64,000 nt of DNA from a virus (Duplodnaviria > Caudoviricetes). Under the pieces are notes generated by a model. It saw only the letters and a program-made list of their open reading frames with translations, did not search any database and was not told the DNA's origin. Shown here one piece after another: positions 58,863 to 64,000 of the stretch (its first letter is position 1; every line of letters starts with the position of its first letter). The position numbers and the translations under genes were made by a program. The DNA is taken from positions 96,001-160,000 of the IMG/VR virus record IMGVR_UViG_3300011989_000257; one strand, 5' to 3'.

Positions 58863-60075
58863 AATAATCTTCTCTTATATATTGTTTCTCATAATCAGTC
58901 AAGTCCCTTTGCATATAAGACATTAACTTATTATAATATTCTTCTTTCATTCTTCTTTCCTCGTCAGCATTAATATTCCAAGGAATATTCCATGTAAAAT
59001 TACTTAACAAATTGGTCAAAACACTACCATATGTCTTAGCCCTAGGAACATAGTTAACCCAATAATATGCGCCATATTCATCAATTAATTTTGCAAAATG
59101 CTTAGATTCATCACCCCTAACAAATTTATCCAACACTGGGTCATCCCAATATCCATTAGGATTCTTCACGAATATTAACCTCAAATATCTCTTAATTAAC
59201 TCTGGATTCAAATTCTTCACCACATAAAAATCCAATACCTTGCCACCATCAGTGTAATTCTTTAAAACCCTCATGGCCTTAACCAAAGGCATTTCATTCA
59301 ACTTGTTATACCAACCAATATATTCACCCCTTAAAGAATCTACAACCTCGTCACCATAACCATTCATGGCAACAGTATCATCATAAGGAGTGTCCTTGTA
59401 ACCAGTAAAGAGACTGTTTGGCTGAACTTCCTCCATTTCAGTGTCAGTCTTGGATAAATCATATATCACAGACCCATGTTTCGTGTTGTCATAATAATCA
59501 ACACCACTCACATTAACACCATTATAACCGTTCCATTCCATGAATACAGTGGAGAAACTCTGCATACCTTCATGCCTCTGAGCCATCCTAGTCAAATCAA
59601 AATAAGAAGGACATTTTAAACCTAAAGCTTCAGCATTCCTCTTTATAATCTGATAATTCTCAGCATTATTATAGTTGGCACTCTTTGGGTTATAATATCC
59701 TTGATAAGCAATCTTATTGTACATATTGTTAAGATTCCTCATCATTGTATATAATATGTCACCTTGCTTCTTGCTCCTAACCCTATATAAGTTCTTGTAT
59801 AAATCGAAATCAACACGGTATACATGGTCATGAATCTCAATGAAATTTGGGTTCTGATTTCTGCTCAAAACACCATATTCGTCAATGTCCTTTATGTCTC
59901 GATAAGTGGAAAAATAAGTCCCAGAACCAAAATGACCAGTCTCACGACCACCCATTTGACGCTTATTATCACTTAAGTAAGGCTCTCCGTTGTGGTTATT
60001 CCCAAAATGAAAGTTCCATTCAGATTCCTTCAACAACCCATATTGTTTAGGCGTTATATATACTTTTATATCCAT
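58837..60075 (-). CDS. putative ADP-ribosyltransferase-fold protein
   Basis: FHFG...GHFGSGTYFST...GYNGV...VIYD pattern; leader KVYITPKQYGLLKESE. Confidence 0.45.
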   Translation of the reverse strand: MDIKVYITPKQYGLLKESEWNFHFGNNHNGEPYLSDNKRQMGGRETGHFGSGTYFSTYRDIKDIDEYGVLSRNQNPNFIEIHDHVYRVDFDLYKNLYRVRSKKQGDILYTMMRNLNNMYNKIAYQGYYNPKSANYNNAENYQIIKRNAEALGLKCPSYFDLTRMAQRHEGMQSFSTVFMEWNGYNGVNVSGVDYYDNTKHGSVIYDLSKTDTEMEEVQPNSLFTGYKDTPYDDTVAMNGYGDEVVDSLRGEYIGWYNKLNEMPLVKAMRVLKNYTDGGKVLDFYVVKNLNPELIKRYLRLIFVKNPNGYWDDPVLDKFVRGDESKHFAKLIDEYGAYYWVNYVPRAKTYGSVLTNLLSNFTWNIPWNINADEERRMKEEYYNKLMSYMQRDLTDYEKQYIREDYFEENDEQG

Positions 60076-60194
60076 TACATCTTTTTCTTATTCTAATAAA
60101 TACCTCCTATAAATAGTTAATTATACTTAAAAACCTTGTATTTTCCACTTTTTTACTATATATTTGCACTAAAAATTAATAAAAAATAAAAATC

Positions 60195-60452
60195 ATGACT
60201 TTACTGTATATCATCGGCATAATATATTTCACTACAACACTTATAATGTCAATAATTGTCACAATTGAAAAAAATTGGGATGAAGAAGGCTCAGTGACTT
60301 TTGTGTTCACACCTTTGCTAAATACAATAGTTATTTGCATAGGTATTTTCTATGTGATTCCAACAGACATCATAAAAGAACATAAGGAAAAAATAATGAA
60401 AAAACACAAACATGATACAAGATGGAAAATAATGAACACAGTAATCAAATAA
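60195..60452 (+). CDS. small membrane protein
   Basis: Two hydrophobic stretches; -7 element at 60159. Confidence 0.65.
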   Translation: MTLLYIIGIIYFTTTLIMSIIVTIEKNWDEEGSVTFVFTPLLNTIVICIGIFYVIPTDIIKEHKEKIMKKHKHDTRWKIMNTVIK

Positions 60453-60814
60453 AAACAATAGGAGAACTTAAAAAATACCTCGGCAAAGTGGTAGTATCAT
60501 ATTACTGCGATATAGATGGTGAAATAAGTTTTATGTGGATGTACAAACTTGTGAAAATAAAAAGCCAACTACAAGATGATTTGCCAATCAGACACATAAT
60601 TATGATGGGACTAAACCATATATGCCTAACAAATAATACACGCTATAGCATGTCAAACAAACCACCATTCCTAATGTACACAAGTGGAAGATTGTTTGAC
60701 ATGACGATACCAATGGTGTCTTCAGCACAAGAGTTCATGAGACCGCCAACAAAAGAAGAACTTAACATATACATTAAACTAACTAGAAAAAGAAGAATAT
60801 TAGGATATGATTAA
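60422..60814 (+). CDS. paralogue family member 1
   Basis: IKTIGELKKYLGK ... SAQEFMRPPTKEE. Confidence 0.7.
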   Translation: MENNEHSNQIKTIGELKKYLGKVVVSYYCDIDGEISFMWMYKLVKIKSQLQDDLPIRHIIMMGLNHICLTNNTRYSMSNKPPFLMYTSGRLFDMTIPMVSSAQEFMRPPTKEELNIYIKLTRKRRILGYD

Positions 60815-61259
60815 AAAAATTTATACAATATTAGTACTACTCTTTAACCTCATAGTAAGACGTAAACACTATAAACTACACTTCGTAGCCGAAAATGACC
60901 CACCTATCAAACTCTGGTATTATGATTTTAAACACTGGGGATTTGATAAGCATAATCTCTTGATGATATCAGGAGCTGATAAACTGTGTGAAATGTATGC
61001 AAAAGGGAAGGATGAGGTGACTGTGGAAATAATCGCTTCAAAGAAAAAACTAAACCTTAATCCACAACTCTATGATGAATTCGTAGCTCAAGACATCATC
61101 ATAGACGGAATGACACACCAAGGAAAATTCATTGATTCACAACTAGATAAATTCCTATGCGGAAGAACATATCAAAAAGGCAATACCCAGATGTGGATTT
61201 GCCCAGTTACACTGTTCGTCCTAGGCAGATACCCTAAATATATCTATATCAAAAAATAA
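60807..61259 (+). CDS. hypothetical protein
   Basis: LLMISGADKLC ... WICPVTLFV.GRYP.YIY. Confidence 0.7.
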   Translation: MIKKIYTILVLLFNLIVRRKHYKLHFVAENDPPIKLWYYDFKHWGFDKHNLLMISGADKLCEMYAKGKDEVTVEIIASKKKLNLNPQLYDEFVAQDIIIDGMTHQGKFIDSQLDKFLCGRTYQKGNTQMWICPVTLFVLGRYPKYIYIKK

Positions 61260-61262
61260 ATT

Positions 61263-61604
61263 ATGGAACAAAATAACTGCTTTGACTCAATTGAAGAACT
61301 AAATAAAAGAATAGGAAAATTCGTAATATTAGGGTGTGATGATGGCGGTCTCTATGCTAAACTGCTCACAAAAATAGAAATAACCAAAAACAATTCAAAA
61401 ATAGAAGGACATAAAATCTGGGGAAAATTCCTTGTCGGTATTTCTTCTAGTGGTAAAGTATCCGTTTATAATTTCTCACAAAACCAAGAAACATACGGAA
61501 TATACCAATATGCTAGAGACCCTACAGAAAAAGAAATTAAACTAATTAGAAAAAAATTAAGAGAAATCAAATTTAAAAATTTTTTAATAAAAAGTAAATT
61601 ATGA
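61263..61604 (+). CDS. paralogue family member 2
   Basis: FDSIEELNKRIGK ... YARDPTEKE. Confidence 0.7.
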   Translation: MEQNNCFDSIEELNKRIGKFVILGCDDGGLYAKLLTKIEITKNNSKIEGHKIWGKFLVGISSSGKVSVYNFSQNQETYGIYQYARDPTEKEIKLIRKKLREIKFKNFLIKSKL

Positions 61605-62005
61605 TTGACTATGAATTCGATAAACCAATAAACACAGTGGGAGAACTTAAAAAATATATAGGAAAACCATTGCTGTTCTATTATAACAATGGTAAAAATA
61701 AACCACAATACGCATGGATTAAACAACTTACTGAAATACCATATTATAATTATGATAATGATATGGGAATAAAAAAAATATCAACACAAGGACACAACTC
61801 AATGCAATATATACGAAATGGACAAATCAATATAGAATTCAAACATAACGATATATTCAAAACATCACACTCCAACGCACAAGACTATATAAGAACTCTC
61901 ACAAAAGAAGAGTTTAACCTATATAAAGATAAAACTAGAATGAGAAGATGGATGCCAGAACTAGCAGAAGAAATCAGAATAAAAAATAGTAAACTCCCAT
62001 TCTAA
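61601..62005 (+). CDS. paralogue family member 3
   Basis: INTVGELKKYIGK ... NAQDYIRTLTKEE. Confidence 0.7.
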   Translation: MIDYEFDKPINTVGELKKYIGKPLLFYYNNGKNKPQYAWIKQLTEIPYYNYDNDMGIKKISTQGHNSMQYIRNGQINIEFKHNDIFKTSHSNAQDYIRTLTKEEFNLYKDKTRMRRWMPELAEEIRIKNSKLPF

Positions 62006-62018
62006 AAAAAAATAAATT

Positions 62019-62366
62019 ATGAATATTACAACAATTGAAGAACTCAAAAAACATATCGGAGAATTCTTGGTCTTTGAATCAAAAGGATTTTATCACTATC
62101 AATGGATTCAAAAACTACAACGAGTGGGAAAAAAAGTAGATTATATACCACTAGGAGAAACAGAAATCTATCACCTACCATGCTATAGCTTGTTCTCAGC
62201 AGAAATATACCCTAATCTAAAACCATATAGCGGAATACACCTAGGTGAAAGTGTATATGAACTCTATCATACAAACGCACAATGTATAATCAGAACGCCA
62301 ACAAAAGAAGAAATGAAAAAATATATGATGTTGTGGAGAAAAATTATAATACTAGGTCGATATTGA
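62019..62366 (+). CDS. paralogue family member 4
   Basis: ITTIEELKKHIGE ... NAQCIIRTPTKEE. Confidence 0.7.
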   Translation: MNITTIEELKKHIGEFLVFESKGFYHYQWIQKLQRVGKKVDYIPLGETEIYHLPCYSLFSAEIYPNLKPYSGIHLGESVYELYHTNAQCIIRTPTKEEMKKYMMLWRKIIILGRY

Positions 62367-62569
62367 AAAATTCAAGAAATTTTTTTTCCAGAATTTTTTT
62401 TCAAATACATCAATGAGAAAAATTGGGGGCCACCCCCTTCTGAAATTTATTGAAAATTTTTCCAGAATTTTATTTAGCAAACTGTTCGTGTGTTAAAAGG
62501 TGTTAAAATCCCCCAAGGGGATGGAGGGGACATAACCCACCCACCTACCTGCCACCCATATCCCCATAA

Positions 62570-62585
62570 TGTTTCACGTGAAACG
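62570..62585. promoter_or_regulatory. parS-like site (intergenic)
   Basis: TGTTTCACGTGAAACG, 15/16 match to TGTTTCACGTGAAACA. Confidence 0.75.
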
Positions 62586-62659
62586 TGTGTAAATATTTTT
62601 TACCATATAAAATGTAAAAAAAGTGGAGAATTAATCCCCACTTCTTTGTAAAGATTTTT

Positions 62660-63373
62660 CTATGCGATTTCTTTCATTTTCGCAAGGGCCTCCCACTTAA
62701 TTTGTCTTACTCTCTCTTCTGTGAGGTTGAATTTTTTTGACAATGTGTACTCTGTCTCGATGCTATCAGTCAGCCCAAACAACCCACAAACAATGGCTTT
62801 CTCGACATCTTTCAAGCCACTAAGCAAGTAATTAATCTTGACACGCATATCCTCTTTCTCGCTGAATGTGTCACACTTCATATCAGATGCGAAAGTGTCG
62901 AGTAAAGTTTTTTCGCCGTCCTCGTCACTTGCGAGAGGTGCATCCATGCTTGCAGCATTGTAAGACTTTTTCGCACGAATTTCATGCACACCCATACGCA
63001 CTACCCTGCTATCGTTGTCGATACCGATATTAATATACTTTCTCACTTGCTCTAATGCCCAAGTGCTGAACATTGTTCCACGTGAAACATCAAATGTGTC
63101 CACCGCCTTGCAGAGACCTATTGAGCCATTTTGGAACATATCCTCAAATGGCATGATTGTGCCATAACTTGCAGCGATTGACCACACAATACGCAAGTTA
63201 GCGTTAATAACCTTATTACGAGCCACCTCAGAGCCATTGTGAGCCATTGTGATAAGTTCACGCACCTCGCTATCAGATAATGGCTTGCAGCGATTAATCT
63301 GTGAGAGCATTGCATCAATAACCTCGTTTCTTACGACGTGATTGTTACCTTTGAAATTCTTTGTCTGTGCCAT
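62660..63373 (-). CDS. RNA polymerase sigma-70-family factor (regions 1.2, 2, 4)
   Basis: ARNKVINANLRIV..IA, DMFQNGSIGL.KAVD.FD..RG..FSTWA, SMDAPL, LTEERVRQIK..AL.KM. Confidence 0.9.
   Translation of the reverse strand: MAQTKNFKGNNHVVRNEVIDAMLSQINRCKPLSDSEVRELITMAHNGSEVARNKVINANLRIVWSIAASYGTIMPFEDMFQNGSIGLCKAVDTFDVSRGTMFSTWALEQVRKYINIGIDNDSRVVRMGVHEIRAKKSYNAASMDAPLASDEDGEKTLLDTFASDMKCDTFSEKEDMRVKINYLLSGLKDVEKAIVCGLFGLTDSIETEYTLSKKFNLTEERVRQIKWEALAKMKEIA
63074..63089. promoter_or_regulatory. parS site embedded in the sigma gene
   Basis: TGTTCCACGTGAAACA, exact match to the TGTTNCACGTGAAACA consensus. Confidence 0.75.
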
Positions 63374-63423
63374 AACTTTTTAATTTTTATAAGTGAATAA
63401 CTATTGTTTCTTGTTTGCGAGTG

Positions 63424-63431
63424 CAAAGGTA
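63424..63431 (-). promoter_or_regulatory. Bacteroidota-type -7 element (TACCTTTG) for the sigma gene
   Basis: CAAAGGTA on + strand, 50 nt upstream of the start. Confidence 0.7.
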
Positions 63432-63961
63432 CAACAATTTTTTGAGAAAAAAGAAGGAAATACATTTTTTAACATGAATTTAATATCCATTAACAATTTA
63501 GTAAGTTTTTGATACTCAAATCTTTATAAATGTTAAACGGCTTATTTTAAGGCTTTCTAAGGCGTTTTAAGGTAATGAAATGTAAAAGTTATCAGAGAGA
63601 TATATAAAAGGCTGTCAGAAGGCTTAAAAATGGCTTTAAAATGGATTATTCGTATTTTTATGGCTATATGCGTGCGTATGTATGTGCGTGATTACCTATA
63701 TATGATATAATGGATAATAATAAGTGTATTAAATACAATTAATATTGATTTTATTGCACAAAAATGGTATTAATGTGCAATTTTTGTAAAGAAAGTGGAA
63801 AAATTTAGGGTAAAATGAAAAAAAGTTAGTAAAATGTTTGGTGGAATGAAAAAAAAGTCGTACCTTTGCATCGTCAATCAGAAATGATACAGACAAAGTG
63901 ATTTTTTACTTATTGAGACAATTTTCAGTTATTAACTTAATCTTTTAAATCCACAACGAAT

Positions 63962-64000
63962 ATGGAGAAAATGGAGATTATGGCAATTATTGCCAACGAG
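63962..64000 (+). CDS. 5' end of a gene truncated by the window edge
   Basis: ATG after promoter TTTG...TACCTTTG (63837-63868); open to the window end. Confidence 0.5.
   Translation, partial: MEKMEIMAIIANE

Noticed and set aside
369-63318. Numerous 60-230 aa antisense or alternate-frame ORFs in the track (e.g. 7222-7917, 30707-31372, 33619-34257)
   Set aside because: They are shadows of real genes and their repeats, with no motifs, promoters or typical composition.
1-64000. Stop-codon recoding (TAG=Gln) as in Lak phages and some crAss-like phages
   Set aside because: Long genes (polymerase, ClpC, GH2, fibres) are intact in code 11, and TAG ends plausible genes (50998, 62660).

Overview
A 64-kb segment of a large, AT-rich dsDNA (jumbo-type) phage genome in the standard genetic code. 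The host is almost certainly a Bacteroidota, because at least 16 TAnnTTTG promoters (many with an upstream TTTG) precede genes. About 1-28 kb holds nucleotide metabolism, RNA repair and host-takeover genes: thyA, MazG, KTSC, ClpC-like ATPase, SLT muramidase, Thg1, GIY-YIG endonuclease, pol-beta nucleotidyltransferase, UvrD helicase, thioredoxin, dNMP kinase, two phosphoesterases, an ABC-ATPase/GNAT pair and two glycosyltransferases. About 28-50.6 kb is a minus-strand block of fibre/adhesin genes (BspA LRR, YadA-like repeats, three C-type-lectin-like paralogues, a GH2 glycosidase). About 51-64 kb holds a PRTase, a family-B DNA polymerase, probable head-cargo proteins, a paralogue array, a sigma-70 factor and an origin-like non-coding region. 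The main unexplained structures are: (1) a shared ~40-aa N-terminal module fused to interchangeable payloads (LRR, lectin-like, GH2), each in a promoter-gene-terminator cassette, including one empty cassette; (2) DGR-variable-region-like C-termini on the lectin paralogues; (3) two chromosome-type parS sites, one inside the sigma gene, at an apparent GC-skew switch; (4) a second promoter class, TATTTATA, which is the reverse complement of the T4 late promoter. All calls come from reading motifs by eye; no searches were run.
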